Source of the DNA: Desulfomicrobium sp.
GTDB taxonomy: Bacteria > Desulfobacterota > Desulfovibrionia > Desulfovibrionales > Desulfomicrobiaceae
Assembly (NCBI GenBank): GCA_040768745.1
Contig: JAXGMI010000002.1
Coordinates: forward strand, 512,001 to 576,000
Direction: 5' to 3'
Length of the DNA stretch: 64,000 nucleotides
The stretch's first letter is position 1, and every line of letters begins with the position of its first letter. Below are positions 49,978 to 60,507 of this stretch, one piece after another. Under the pieces are notes generated by a model. It searched no databases. It was not told where the DNA came from and worked only from the letters and a program-made list of their open reading frames with translations. The position numbers were made by a program, and so were the translations under genes.

Positions 49978-52359
49978 ATGAAGTCCACTCTTCTCCTTTT
50001 TTTTGCATTTTTCTGCAGCGTGCCGGCGCTGGCCCAATCCCCCAATGTGCTGGTGCTCCACTCCTACCATCCCGGCCTGTCCTGGACCGACACCCTGAAC
50101 ACCGGGATCCGCGAGACCTTCGGCGCACAGCTGCCCCAAACCCTGCTCTGGGTCGAATACCTGGACACCAAACGCAATACAGACACGTCCTACCTGGCCC
50201 TGCAGGCCGCGCTTCTGAGACACAAACTGGCCGATAGCGTCTTCAAGCTGATCATCGCCACGGACAATGACGCCCTGGACTTCGTCCTCACCTACCGCGA
50301 TTCCATCTTCCGCTCCGCACCTGTGGCATTTTGCGGAGTGAACGACTTCCAGCCTGAGCAGTTGCGCGGGCAGCACAACATCACTGGCCTGGCCGAAAAC
50401 CCGTCCTTTCCTGATACCATGCGCACGGCACTGCTTCTCCATCCGGATACCAAGGAGTTTGTCATCATCGGTGGGGATCAGGCCATCACTGACCTGATCA
50501 CGGATCGTGCGCTGCGCTCCCTGGAAAGAACATTCGCTCCCATCCGGTTCACCTTCTGGAACAACCTCTCGGCCCAGGAACTGAAGGGCCGCCTGGGAGA
50601 GCTTGGACCGGGACAGATCATTTTTGTCCACGGGGTCATGCGCAACGAGGAAGGGGTGCTGGTGGACTACAGGGAAAAGAACCTTTTTCTGTCCACCCAT
50701 TCCAAAGTGCCCATCTACGGATTTTGGGACTTTGAAATGGGAACCGGCTGCGTGGGCGGCAGAATGGTCCAGGGGCAGGTGGAGGGAGAACGCGTTGCCC
50801 TTTTGGGCATACGCATCCTGGCCGGGGCCGATCCCGACACCATCCCCGTGGACCTGGCCACACCGTCGCAGTATATTTTCGACTACGAACAGCTCCAGCG
50901 TTTCCAGATCGACCCCGATGCCCTGCCTGGAGACAGCATCGTCCTCAACCAGCCCGCCCGTTTCTACCAGATCGACAAACGCTTCATCTGGGGAGCGACG
51001 GCCGCGGTGGCAGTGCTGCTCGCCGCTCTGGCCATGCTGCTCAGCTCCATCCGCCGCCGGCAAGAGGCCCAGGCCGTGCTCAATAAGAACAAGGAGCAAC
51101 TGGAAGAGGCGGTGCGGGCTCGGACAGAACATCTGCGCACAGCCAACGATGCCCTGGAGCGGGAAGTGCATGAACGTATGCGGGCCGAAAACGACCTGCG
51201 CAAGGCCCGTGCCCGGCTGGAAATCGAGGTGGAGCGGAGAACCAGCGACCTCGTTTTTGAAATCGAGCAGCGTCGCCAGGCCGAGGCCCACATCCGCGAC
51301 CGTGAAGCCAAAGCCAGGGCCCTGCTCAACGCGCCCAATGAAACCCTGCTGCTCATGGACCAAGCCGGAATCATCCTGGATATCAATGAGACCGGGGCCG
51401 CTCGCCTGAACCAGAGCCGCGCGTCCCTCTCCGGGGTCTGTCTGTACGACGTGATCACACCGTCCCTGGCTGAACGCTTCAGACAGGCCGTGGACAGCAT
51501 CTTTGAAAGCGGAGCAGCCGAGAGCATCACCGACTACGGCGAAAACCAGGACCTGGACATACGTCTCTATCCGGTTTTCGATGACAACGGCCAGGTAACG
51601 CGGGCGGCGGTGTTCATGGCCGATGTGACCGAAGCCAAACGCATGGGCCGCCAGATCATGCTTTTGGACAAAATCAACTCCCTGGGCCGCATGGCTGCGG
51701 GTATTGCCCATGAAATCCGCAATCCCCTGACCGGCATCCACGGGTACCTGTATGCCATGGACGAAGTCTGCGCGGAATTCCCTGACCGGCACGTCGCGGA
51801 GACCTTCCGCGATATCATTGAGAAGATCCGCAAGGCAGCGGGAAAAATGGAAGCGGTCATCCGCCGGGTGCTCGATTTTTCCAAACCCGGCACCCCCCGG
51901 CTGGAACTCCTGGACCTCACCGGTCCGGTGCATGAGGCCTTGGGCCTCATGACCCCGACCCTGCGCAAGGCCGGAGTGTCAGTGGAAACGGATCTCGCTC
52001 CAGTCCAGCCCGTGCTGGGGGATCGCATGCAGCTCGAACAGGCGGTCATCAACATCATGGACAATGCGACCAGAGCTGTCCGCGACCAGGCCGGCAAGCA
52101 CATCCGGATCAGCCTGTCCCAGTCCGAAGGGCTGGTCCGCCTAACCTTCGCCGATTCCGGTCCCGGCGTGGCGGAAAGGGATCGGGAGCGGATCTTCGAC
52201 CCCTTCTTCACCACAGCCTCCGACGGCACGGGCATCGGCCTTTCCATTGTCCAGCGCATCGTGGCCGACCATCATGGCTCCATCCGGGTGGTCGAAAGCA
52301 GCCTGGGCGGTGCCGAGTTCCGTCTGGAGTTTCCGGTTCATACGGGGGTACACGCATGA
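49978..52359 (+). CDS. Sensor histidine kinase (periplasmic SBP-like sensor, coiled coil, PAS, HisKA/HATPase)
   Basis: AHEIRNPL H-box, N box, DSGPG, FDPFFTT, GTGIGL. Confidence 0.93.
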   Translation: MKSTLLLFFAFFCSVPALAQSPNVLVLHSYHPGLSWTDTLNTGIRETFGAQLPQTLLWVEYLDTKRNTDTSYLALQAALLRHKLADSVFKLIIATDNDALDFVLTYRDSIFRSAPVAFCGVNDFQPEQLRGQHNITGLAENPSFPDTMRTALLLHPDTKEFVIIGGDQAITDLITDRALRSLERTFAPIRFTFWNNLSAQELKGRLGELGPGQIIFVHGVMRNEEGVLVDYREKNLFLSTHSKVPIYGFWDFEMGTGCVGGRMVQGQVEGERVALLGIRILAGADPDTIPVDLATPSQYIFDYEQLQRFQIDPDALPGDSIVLNQPARFYQIDKRFIWGATAAVAVLLAALAMLLSSIRRRQEAQAVLNKNKEQLEEAVRARTEHLRTANDALEREVHERMRAENDLRKARARLEIEVERRTSDLVFEIEQRRQAEAHIRDREAKARALLNAPNETLLLMDQAGIILDINETGAARLNQSRASLSGVCLYDVITPSLAERFRQAVDSIFESGAAESITDYGENQDLDIRLYPVFDDNGQVTRAAVFMADVTEAKRMGRQIMLLDKINSLGRMAAGIAHEIRNPLTGIHGYLYAMDEVCAEFPDRHVAETFRDIIEKIRKAAGKMEAVIRRVLDFSKPGTPRLELLDLTGPVHEALGLMTPTLRKAGVSVETDLAPVQPVLGDRMQLEQAVINIMDNATRAVRDQAGKHIRISLSQSEGLVRLTFADSGPGVAERDRERIFDPFFTTASDGTGIGLSIVQRIVADHHGSIRVVESSLGGAEFRLEFPVHTGVHA

Positions 52360-53723
52360 ACTACTCCCTTCTCATCATCGATGACGAGGAATCCATCCGG
52401 GACAGCCTGCAGATGGCCCTGACCCGCCAATACACGGTTTCTGTGCGGGCCAGTGGGAAGGAAGCCCTGGCAGACCTGGAGGCGTTGAATCCGGATCTGG
52501 TCCTGCTCGACATCGGGCTGCCCGACATGAGCGGACTCGACGTCCTGGAAGGAATCCGGGCCCAGAACGCCCACGCCGCCATCATCATGATCACGGCCTT
52601 CGAGGACCTGGACACGGTCATTACGGCCATGAAGCGCGGGGCATTCGACTATCTGGTCAAGCCGCTGCGCATGGACACCCTCAAGCTCTGTCTGGAGCGG
52701 GCCAAGAGTTCCATCCGCCTCGGCAAGGAGGTTCGGGATCTCCAGGACAAGGCCCTGCGGGAACAGATTCCCTTTTTCGTTGCCCAGAGCGAGGCCCTGA
52801 CCGACGTGGTGCACATGGTCGGCAAGATCGCCATCAGCCCGGATACACCGGTCCTCATCGAGGGCGACACAGGAACCGGCAAGGAGCTCATCGCCAGTGC
52901 CATCCACCACCGCAGCCCCAATTTTCGTGGACCTCTCATCACCATCAATTGTGCGGCCATGCCCACGAATCTGATCGAAAGCGAGCTGTTCGGGTATGCC
53001 CCAGGTGCCTTCAGCGGGGCCGGGCGAAAAGGCAAACTCGGACTGGTCGAGGAGGCGGCCGGCGGAACCCTGTTTCTGGATGAGATCGGCGAGCTGCCGC
53101 AGAGCGCCCAGGCCAAGCTGCTGCGCTTTCTGCAGCAGGGAGAGTTCTACGCCCTGGGCTCCACGGTCAAGCGCACCGTACGGACCAGGATCCTGACCGC
53201 CACCAACCGCAACCTGGAGGACATGGTCAATGACGGCAGCTTCCGGCAGGACCTTTTCTACCGCCTGGCCGTGGTCCGCATCCGCGTCCCATCCCTGACC
53301 AGCCGCAAGGAGGACATTCTGCCCTTGGCCAGACTCTTTCTGTACCAGTACTCTGAAAAATTCGACAAGAAGATCAAGGGGATCACCCCGAGGGCCGCAG
53401 CTGCTCTCCTGGGCCATCCCTGGAAAGGCAATGTGCGCGAACTGCGCAACATCATAGAACGGGCCGTGCTGATGGCCTGCGGCCTGGAATTGGACACGCC
53501 GGACCTGGGACTTGAGCCTCAGTGCGAGTCCGACACGATTCCCCAGGCCCCGGCAAGACTGACGCCAGTCGGCGTGGATCTTCCCGCCGTCCTGCACGAC
53601 CTGGAGCGGACCTATTACGAGCAGGCCCTGGCCTTGGCTGAAGGCAATGAATCCCAGGCTGCCCGGCTCCTCAACGTGTCCAGAGACACGTTCCGATACC
53701 GTCGGGGGAAGCTGGGTTGCTGA
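52356..53723 (+). CDS. Sigma54-dependent response regulator (NtrC family)
   Basis: REC domain (DD, D, K), GDTGTGKE, ESELFG..GAFSGA, FLDEIG, C-terminal HTH. Confidence 0.95.
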   Translation: MNYSLLIIDDEESIRDSLQMALTRQYTVSVRASGKEALADLEALNPDLVLLDIGLPDMSGLDVLEGIRAQNAHAAIIMITAFEDLDTVITAMKRGAFDYLVKPLRMDTLKLCLERAKSSIRLGKEVRDLQDKALREQIPFFVAQSEALTDVVHMVGKIAISPDTPVLIEGDTGTGKELIASAIHHRSPNFRGPLITINCAAMPTNLIESELFGYAPGAFSGAGRKGKLGLVEEAAGGTLFLDEIGELPQSAQAKLLRFLQQGEFYALGSTVKRTVRTRILTATNRNLEDMVNDGSFRQDLFYRLAVVRIRVPSLTSRKEDILPLARLFLYQYSEKFDKKIKGITPRAAAALLGHPWKGNVRELRNIIERAVLMACGLELDTPDLGLEPQCESDTIPQAPARLTPVGVDLPAVLHDLERTYYEQALALAEGNESQAARLLNVSRDTFRYRRGKLGC

Positions 53724-53871
53724 TCCATCTCGCCTGCCTGCATCTTCCTCTGGTCTGGCCAGCCAGTCCTCGGGATGACACTGCGGGGATGCAGCCCGGG
53801 CATCCCAAGACCGACTGCCCACATTGCCAGAGACCCCCCGCATTCCGTAAGCCCCAAAAAAAGGAGGGCGC

Positions 53872-54201
53872 ATGACCATACGCGACCTGCAGGACAACAT
53901 CGACGCCTGGGTGCACACCTTCGGAGTCCGTTATTTTTCCGAACTGACCAACCTGGGTGTGCTCATGGAAGAAGTGGGCGAAGTGGCCCGGATCATGACC
54001 CGCCGCTACGGAGACCAGAGCTTCAAGGAATCGGACGCAAAGGATCTGGCCGACGAATTGGCGGATGTCCTCTTTGTGCTGACCTGCATCGCCAATCAGA
54101 CCGGGGTCGACTTGACCGAGGCCGTGACCCGCAACCTGGATAAAAAGACCCGGCGGGACCGGGATCGGCATATCAACAACCCCAAGCTGCGCACCCCGTG
54201 A
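53872..54201 (+). CDS. MazG-like nucleotide pyrophosphohydrolase
   Basis: EEVGEVAR...DELADVLF. Confidence 0.9.
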   Translation: MTIRDLQDNIDAWVHTFGVRYFSELTNLGVLMEEVGEVARIMTRRYGDQSFKESDAKDLADELADVLFVLTCIANQTGVDLTEAVTRNLDKKTRRDRDRHINNPKLRTP

Positions 54202-54286
54202 GCATGCAGGCAGGCAGTCCCTGCTGCAGTCCATGGCACCGGCGCCTTTCTTCCCTCCGCAACCCCGGGAGCCCGCAGGCTGAAAC

Positions 54287-56101
54287 ATGACCCTCTTTGC
54301 TTCCCCCCCTCTGCCCCAACCGCATTTTCTGCCCATGACCAGATCCGAGATGGACCGCTTGGGTTGGGACGTCCTGGATGTGCTCCTGGTCAGCGGCGAC
54401 GCCTATGTGGATCATCCGTCCTTCGGCACGGCCTTGCTGGGCCGGACGCTTTTGGCCCATGGATTCCGCACCGGCATCGTCACCCAGCCCCGATGGACAC
54501 AGCCAGACGATCTGCTGGTCATGGGTCGCCCCAGGCTCTTCGCCGGGGTCTCGGCCGGGGCTATCGACTCCATGCTGGCCCACTACACAGCCTTCCGCAA
54601 AAAACGCTCCGAGGACGCCTACACCCCCGGGGGCAGGGCTGGGGCCAGGCCCAACCGCGCCTGCATCGTCTACACCAATTTGCTGCGCCAGGCCTTTCCC
54701 GGCCTGACCGTTGTGCTGGGAGGCATCGAGGCCTCCCTGCGGCGCATCACACACTACGATTTCTGGACCGACGCCCTGCGCAAGCCCATTCTCCTGGACG
54801 CCAAGGCAGACATTGTTGTCTACGGCATGGGCGAACGGCCCATTGTCGAAATAGCCCAGCGACTGCATGCAGGGCAGGGCCTGCAGGGCATTCACGGCAC
54901 CGTGTCCGCGGGGGAGGATTTCGAGGCCGGGCTGGTCCTGCCCAGCCACGAGGACATGCTCGCCGATCCACGCGCATTGATGCGTGCCACCCTCATGCTC
55001 GAAACGCAGGTGCACGGGGGCGTCATGTGGGCCAGGGAGAAGGTCGGAGCGCGAACCATTGCCGTGGCTCCCCCGGCCAAACCCCTTTCGACCGCTGAAA
55101 TGGACACCCTGTATGCCCTGCCCTTCTCCCGCAGGGCCCACCCGCACTACGGCCAACCCATCCCGGCCGTGGAGATGATCCGCGACTCCATCACCAGCCA
55201 CCGGGGGTGTGGCGGTGGATGCTCCTTCTGCACCCTGGCCTTGCACCAGGGCCGGCGAATCGCCTCCCGCAGCCTGGGTTCCATCCTGGACGAGGTCCGG
55301 CGCATGACCGCCATGCCGGAATTCAAGGGCAACATTTCCGACGTGGGCGGCCCCAGCGCGAACATGTGGGGCGCGGTATGCGCCAAGGCCGAGCGTCCCT
55401 GCGCCCGCGCAAGCTGTATGACGCCCAGGATATGCCCCCATTTCCGGATGGACCAGCAGGCCCACCTGGACCTGTTGCGGACCGTGCGGCGCGTCCCGGG
55501 CGTCCGCAACGTGCGCGTGGCCAGCGGAGTGCGCTTCGATCTTGCCCTGCAGGATCTGAAGGCCCTGAGCGGATATTTGCGGGAGTTTGTCGGCGGACAA
55601 CTCAAAATTGCCCCTGAGCATGTCTGTGACCATGTCCTGCGACTCATGCGCAAGCCTGGGATCCGGGTTTTCGAGGAATTTCTGACCCTGTTCGCCAGGG
55701 AGTCCCATCGCGCCGGCAAGGAGCAGTACGTTGTGCCGTACCTCATGAGCGCATTTCCAGGCACCACGGACGAAGACATGCGCGCTCTGGCCCGCTGGCT
55801 GGCCCAGCGGGGCTGGCAGCCACGGCAGGTGCAGTGCTTCATCCCCATCCCCGGGGCAGTGGCCACAGCCATGTACCATGCCGGCATCACGCCCGACGGA
55901 AAGCCGATCTTCGTGGCCCGCAGCGACGAGGAGCGGCTCCGCCAACACAGAATTCTGCTCCCGGATGAAACCCGCGGCCAAGGCCGGCGCCCCTCTGCCA
56001 GCAGGCCCACCCCGGGGGGCCGCCGCAGCCAGACCTCGGCTGGTCCTGGCCGCGACGGAATACCTCGGGCCAGAAACCGAAATTTTCGGAATGAAACGTG
56101 A
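54287..56101 (+). CDS. YgiQ-family radical SAM protein
   Basis: GDAYVDHPSFG, GGIEASLRR, CGGGCSFC, DVGGPSANM, LKIAPEH. Confidence 0.92.
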   Translation: MTLFASPPLPQPHFLPMTRSEMDRLGWDVLDVLLVSGDAYVDHPSFGTALLGRTLLAHGFRTGIVTQPRWTQPDDLLVMGRPRLFAGVSAGAIDSMLAHYTAFRKKRSEDAYTPGGRAGARPNRACIVYTNLLRQAFPGLTVVLGGIEASLRRITHYDFWTDALRKPILLDAKADIVVYGMGERPIVEIAQRLHAGQGLQGIHGTVSAGEDFEAGLVLPSHEDMLADPRALMRATLMLETQVHGGVMWAREKVGARTIAVAPPAKPLSTAEMDTLYALPFSRRAHPHYGQPIPAVEMIRDSITSHRGCGGGCSFCTLALHQGRRIASRSLGSILDEVRRMTAMPEFKGNISDVGGPSANMWGAVCAKAERPCARASCMTPRICPHFRMDQQAHLDLLRTVRRVPGVRNVRVASGVRFDLALQDLKALSGYLREFVGGQLKIAPEHVCDHVLRLMRKPGIRVFEEFLTLFARESHRAGKEQYVVPYLMSAFPGTTDEDMRALARWLAQRGWQPRQVQCFIPIPGAVATAMYHAGITPDGKPIFVARSDEERLRQHRILLPDETRGQGRRPSASRPTPGGRRSQTSAGPGRDGIPRARNRNFRNET

Positions 56102-56417
56102 CCGGCGAAATCCCGCACACGGCAATTGTCATTTCCAGGATTACACTGTAAATTCAACAAGAAAAAATATCATCGTGGGCGGTCGAGGGCATGCGGGGCG
56201 ACCCGCGCCTGCATGTTCGAAACCGGGCGTGGCGGACAAAATTTTTTGAAGAACATGCTGAGAATAACTTTCCAAAGTCGTTGAATTTTATTATCAGTGC
56301 TTCAAATTTCATATTTTTTACCCGCTGGCCGGGGCAGGCGCGGTTCAGACGAACAGGGTTTGAGCGCCTCTGGGGTCGAAGGGAAGATGACATGCGAATC
56401 GTCATCAGGAGCAAACA

Positions 56418-56693
56418 ATGAACAAAAGCGAACTTATTCAGGCCGTTTCGGAAAATCTCAAGATTTCCAGTGAGGAAGCGGCCACCATCGTCGACAGCTT
56501 CTTCGACTCCATGCGCGACGCCCTGTTGCGTGGCGACCGGATCGAGATCCGCGGCTTTGGCAGTTTCAAGATCAAACAGTACGATGGCTATATCGGACGC
56601 AATCCCAAAACCGGAGAGTCCGTGCAGGTCAAGCCGAAAAAAATGCCCTTCTTTAAGGCCGGCAAAGGTCTGCTGGATTATCTCAACGCCTAA
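56418..56693 (+). CDS. Integration host factor beta / HU-family DNA-binding protein
   Basis: MNKSELI, EIRGFGSF, GRNPKTG, PFFKAGK. Confidence 0.93.
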   Translation: MNKSELIQAVSENLKISSEEAATIVDSFFDSMRDALLRGDRIEIRGFGSFKIKQYDGYIGRNPKTGESVQVKPKKMPFFKAGKGLLDYLNA

Positions 56694-56803
56694 AAACGTT
56701 GACAGGGCGCCCAATCGGCGCGAAGGGTCCTGGCTCATTCCGCTCGACGTGGAGAGTCGGTTCATTGTGGGCTGTCCGCACGCCGTATGATGGAGCCTCG
56801 ACA

Positions 56804-57676
56804 TTGCACTCTGTTCTTCAACGTGTCGCCGCCATTCACGATCTTTCTGGGTTCGGGGGAGGATCCCTCTCCGCTGTCATTCCCATTCTCTCTGCCCTGG
56901 GCATGCAGGTCTGCGCATTGCCCACCGCCATCCTGTCCACCCACACAGGCGGTTTCACGGATTTTCATTTTCGGGATCTGACCGAAGACATGCGCTGCAT
57001 CATCGCGCACTGGAAGCGCCTGCCCCTCAGCTTTGCCGGGATCTATTCCGGATTCCTGGGCTCCGTGGAGCAGATCGGGATTGTGCACGGGTTCATCCAG
57101 ACCTTCCGCGACGCGTCGAACCTTGTCGTTGTGGACCCGGTCCTGGGCGACGACAGCCAGCTTTACGACACCATGGACGCATCCATGGTCACGGGCATGC
57201 GTGACCTCGTTTCCGTGGCCGACGTCATCACGCCCAACATCACCGAAGCCGGTCTACTCCTGGGCCAACCCCTGCACTTCGAGAACCTGGTCCAGGATGA
57301 AATCAAATACTGGGCCCGCGCCCTTTCTGACATGGGGCCGCGTTGCGTCATCCTCACCAGCGTGCCCGAAGAACGTCAGCGCAGCACGTCGGTCATTGCC
57401 TATGAACGGGACGCCAACCGCTTCTGGAAAGTCGGTTGCCCATATATTCCTGCACGTTATCCCGGAACTGGAGATATCTTCGCCAGCGTGATAACTGGGT
57501 CGCTCCTCCAGGGGGACTCCCTCCCCCTCTCCCTGGATCGGGCCGTGCAGTTCGTTTCCATGGCCATCCGGGCCACATTCGGCCACAATTTTCCCGAGCG
57601 CGAGGGGGTCTTTCTGGAACGCGTCCTGCCCAGCCTGAACGCACCCGTGGCCATGAGCAGCTTTGAACTGATATGA
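56804..57676 (+). CDS. pdxK: Pyridoxal/pyridoxamine kinase
   Basis: HDLSGFG..SL, LSTHTGG, VDPVLGD, TPNITEA, GTGD; TTG start after GGAG. Confidence 0.85.
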   Translation: MHSVLQRVAAIHDLSGFGGGSLSAVIPILSALGMQVCALPTAILSTHTGGFTDFHFRDLTEDMRCIIAHWKRLPLSFAGIYSGFLGSVEQIGIVHGFIQTFRDASNLVVVDPVLGDDSQLYDTMDASMVTGMRDLVSVADVITPNITEAGLLLGQPLHFENLVQDEIKYWARALSDMGPRCVILTSVPEERQRSTSVIAYERDANRFWKVGCPYIPARYPGTGDIFASVITGSLLQGDSLPLSLDRAVQFVSMAIRATFGHNFPEREGVFLERVLPSLNAPVAMSSFELI

Positions 57677-58524
57677 ATACCCATTACCGCGGCATTTTCG
57701 TCAGCGACCTGGACGGCACGCTGCTCCGCCAGGGCACCATGTCCCGGCAGGACCTCGACGCCCTGGCGGAGCTCAAGAGCGAGGGCATCCTGCGGGTCAT
57801 CGCCACCGGGCGTTCCCTGCATTCCGCCACCCTTTGCCTGCACGACGAGTTCCCGACCGATTACCTGATCCTGTCCACCGGCAATCAGGTGATTGACTGG
57901 CCGGCCCGGAAGGTGCTGCAAACATACCGCCTCGGTGCAGGGGAAGTGCGGGAGGTCTGCAAACTGCTGGTGGACATGGACGTCAATTTCATGCTCCACG
58001 ACGATTTTCCGGACAACCACTGCTTTGCCTTCCACCGGGGCAGGCAGGTGAACGAGGACTTTGAGCGCCGGCTGGCCCGCAACGCGGACCACGCCAGGGG
58101 TTGGGACCCCGAGGCGGACCCTGCGCCCGCCTCCCAGGCCCTGGCCATTGTCTCCCCCGAGGAGACCGGCCGATACGACCATATCCGGCAGGCCCTTTCG
58201 GGTTACAGTGTGGTCAGGGCCACCTCGCCCCTGGACGGCAAATCCATCTGGGTTGAAATTTTTGCCCACAGCGTTTCCAAGGCCGCAGGCATCACCCATA
58301 TCATGAAGCACCACGGACTGGAGGACGCGCTTCTGGGGGCCATCGGCAACGACCACAACGACAAGGAAATGCTTGACCTGGTCCACCTGCCCTATATCGT
58401 GATTGACGCCTTCATCGATCCCGGGCACAACTATATCAGCACCCCGGCGGCCCGGAGTGACGCGGTGGCTTTTGCCGTGTCGCACTTCATGGAACAACTG
58501 CATTCCGGCATGACCCAACGATGA
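57673..58524 (+). CDS. Cof-type HAD hydrolase
   Basis: DLDGTL, ATGR, SKA, GNDHND..M. Confidence 0.9.
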   Translation: MNTHYRGIFVSDLDGTLLRQGTMSRQDLDALAELKSEGILRVIATGRSLHSATLCLHDEFPTDYLILSTGNQVIDWPARKVLQTYRLGAGEVREVCKLLVDMDVNFMLHDDFPDNHCFAFHRGRQVNEDFERRLARNADHARGWDPEADPAPASQALAIVSPEETGRYDHIRQALSGYSVVRATSPLDGKSIWVEIFAHSVSKAAGITHIMKHHGLEDALLGAIGNDHNDKEMLDLVHLPYIVIDAFIDPGHNYISTPAARSDAVAFAVSHFMEQLHSGMTQR

Positions 58525-59312
58525 AAAACATGTTCTCCTTCCCAGCCCTGATCGGGGAGACATCCCTGGGCCTCGTCAAAAACGTTGGCCAATGGGGTGT
58601 CTTTTCCCTGTCCGCCCTGGCCGGGGCGGTGCACATCCGTCAGCTTTTTCCCAAGGTGCTGCAGAACATCCATTTCATCGGCTTCAAATCCCTGAACATC
58701 ATCATCCTGGTGGCCTTCTTCACCGGCATGGTCCTCGGCCTTCAGGGCTATTACACCCTGATCAAGTTCAGCGCCGAGGGCATGCTTGGCGTGGCCGTTG
58801 CCCTTTCCCTCGTCCGGGAGCTTGGCCCCGTGCTCACGGCCATCATGCTCATCGGCCGGGCCGGATCGAGCATCAGTGCGGAAATCGGCATCATGCGCAT
58901 CTCCGAGCAGATCGACGCCCTGACGACCATGAACATAGACCCGGTCCGCTATCTGGTCACCCCCAAAATGCTCGCCTCATTCATCTGTTTCCCGCTGCTG
59001 ACGGCCGTGTTCGACTGCGTGGGCATCCTCGGCGGATACTTTTCCTCCATGCTGCTCAGCTCCAGGTCCGGCATTTTCTTCAGCAAGATCCAGTCCAGCC
59101 TGTTGCTGGAGGATGTGACCGGAGGGTTCGTGAAGTCCTTCGTGTTCTCCTTCATCGTCATCACGATCTCCTGCTACTGCGGGTATTTCACCCATCTGAA
59201 CCAGGCCAGCGCCGGGGCCCAGGGCGTGAGCAACTCCACCACCTCGGCGGTGGTGCAGTCCTGCGTCTACGTCCTCATCGCCGACTACATCATAACGTCC
59301 TTTCTGATGTGA
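58521..59312 (+). CDS. mlaE: MlaE-family permease
   Basis: RELGPVLTA...GR.GS...AEIG.M...EQIDAL, GA.GV...TT.AVV. Confidence 0.93.
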   Translation: MKNMFSFPALIGETSLGLVKNVGQWGVFSLSALAGAVHIRQLFPKVLQNIHFIGFKSLNIIILVAFFTGMVLGLQGYYTLIKFSAEGMLGVAVALSLVRELGPVLTAIMLIGRAGSSISAEIGIMRISEQIDALTTMNIDPVRYLVTPKMLASFICFPLLTAVFDCVGILGGYFSSMLLSSRSGIFFSKIQSSLLLEDVTGGFVKSFVFSFIVITISCYCGYFTHLNQASAGAQGVSNSTTSAVVQSCVYVLIADYIITSFLM

Positions 59313-59316
59313 CCCG

Positions 59317-60507
59317 ATGAACACCGCCCCACTCATCCAGATCCAGAACCTGTGCAAGTCCTTCCACGGCCGCGTCATCCTGCAGGACGCGAACCTGGAC
59401 ATCCACAGGAACCAGATCACGGCCATCATCGGCAAAAGCGGCGTCGGGAAGAGCGTGCTGGTCAAGCACATCATCGGCCTCATCGACGCGGATTCCGGGG
59501 ACATCATCTTTGATGGCCAGCCCTACTCCCGGATGGACAGGAAGGCCTTCTCGGCCATCAAGAACCGGTGCAGCTACATGTTCCAGCACAACGCCCTGTT
59601 CGATTCCATGACCGTTTTTGAGAACATCGCCCTGCCCCTGCAGGAAAAATTCGCCCTGAACAAGACCGAGATTGCGGACAAGGTCAACGCGCGCATCGCC
59701 CAGCTGGAATTGACCGAGGTGGCCCACATGTACCCCAAGCAGATCTCCGGCGGGATGCAGAAACGCGTGGCCCTGGCCCGGGCCCTGATCACGGAACCGG
59801 AAATCATCTTTTTCGATGAACCGACCGCCGGCCTGGACCCCATCCGCAAGAAGACCGTCTTCTCCATGATCCACCGCTATCACGAGCAGCTGAACTTCAC
59901 CGCCGTGATCATCACCCACGACATCCCGGACATCTTCTACATCGCCCATACGGTGCATATCCTGGACAACGGCAGGATCGTCTTTTCCGGCACGCCCGTG
60001 GACCTGGAGCAATCCGGGGATCCGGAGCTGTATTCCTACACCCACGGCCATGAAATGCTCGTGGACGAATTGACCGGGCTGCACAACAGGGTCTCGCTGA
60101 ACCAAAAGCTCGACGCCCTGTTGGGAGCCCTCGACAACGGCGAACACCTGGCCGTCAGCACCGTGCGCATTGCCGGCCTGCGCATGGTCATGGACTTCAG
60201 GGGAAACTTGCTGGCCCACGCCTTGATCAAAAACATCGCCAAATGTGTGCGGGGGCTGGTGGCCAAAAGCGGTTGCGCTGGTACGTTTTCCCATGAAGTG
60301 CTCGTGGCCGCCGCCAGAACCACGGACCCCTCCGTGCTGGCCACCCACGCCACAGCTTTGTCCCGCTTCTTCAACTCGGAAGCCATTCAGGAATTCTGCG
60401 CTGAAAACAGGCTGCACGTCGAGATCGGCGGCATCCTGGCCACAACCGGCGACACGGCCAGCTCGGCCATCCAGAATGCGCTCGCAATGTCAAAGAAATG
60501 CATATGA
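59317..60507 (+). CDS. mlaF: MlaF-family ATPase with C-terminal degenerate GGDEF-like domain
   Basis: GKSGVGKS, FQ..ALFDS, SGGMQKR, DEPTAGLDP, THD; about 150 extra residues starting at DELTGLHNR. Confidence 0.88.
   Translation: MNTAPLIQIQNLCKSFHGRVILQDANLDIHRNQITAIIGKSGVGKSVLVKHIIGLIDADSGDIIFDGQPYSRMDRKAFSAIKNRCSYMFQHNALFDSMTVFENIALPLQEKFALNKTEIADKVNARIAQLELTEVAHMYPKQISGGMQKRVALARALITEPEIIFFDEPTAGLDPIRKKTVFSMIHRYHEQLNFTAVIITHDIPDIFYIAHTVHILDNGRIVFSGTPVDLEQSGDPELYSYTHGHEMLVDELTGLHNRVSLNQKLDALLGALDNGEHLAVSTVRIAGLRMVMDFRGNLLAHALIKNIAKCVRGLVAKSGCAGTFSHEVLVAAARTTDPSVLATHATALSRFFNSEAIQEFCAENRLHVEIGGILATTGDTASSAIQNALAMSKKCI

Noticed and set aside
53724..53871. Imperfect hairpin between the regulator and the mazG-like gene
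   Set aside because: Weak and interrupted, with no second copy seen; compatible with chance in GC-rich DNA.
56102..56417. AT-rich region with a possible IHF autoregulatory site and a hairpin
   Set aside because: Match to WATCAA-N4-TTR is too poor to call.
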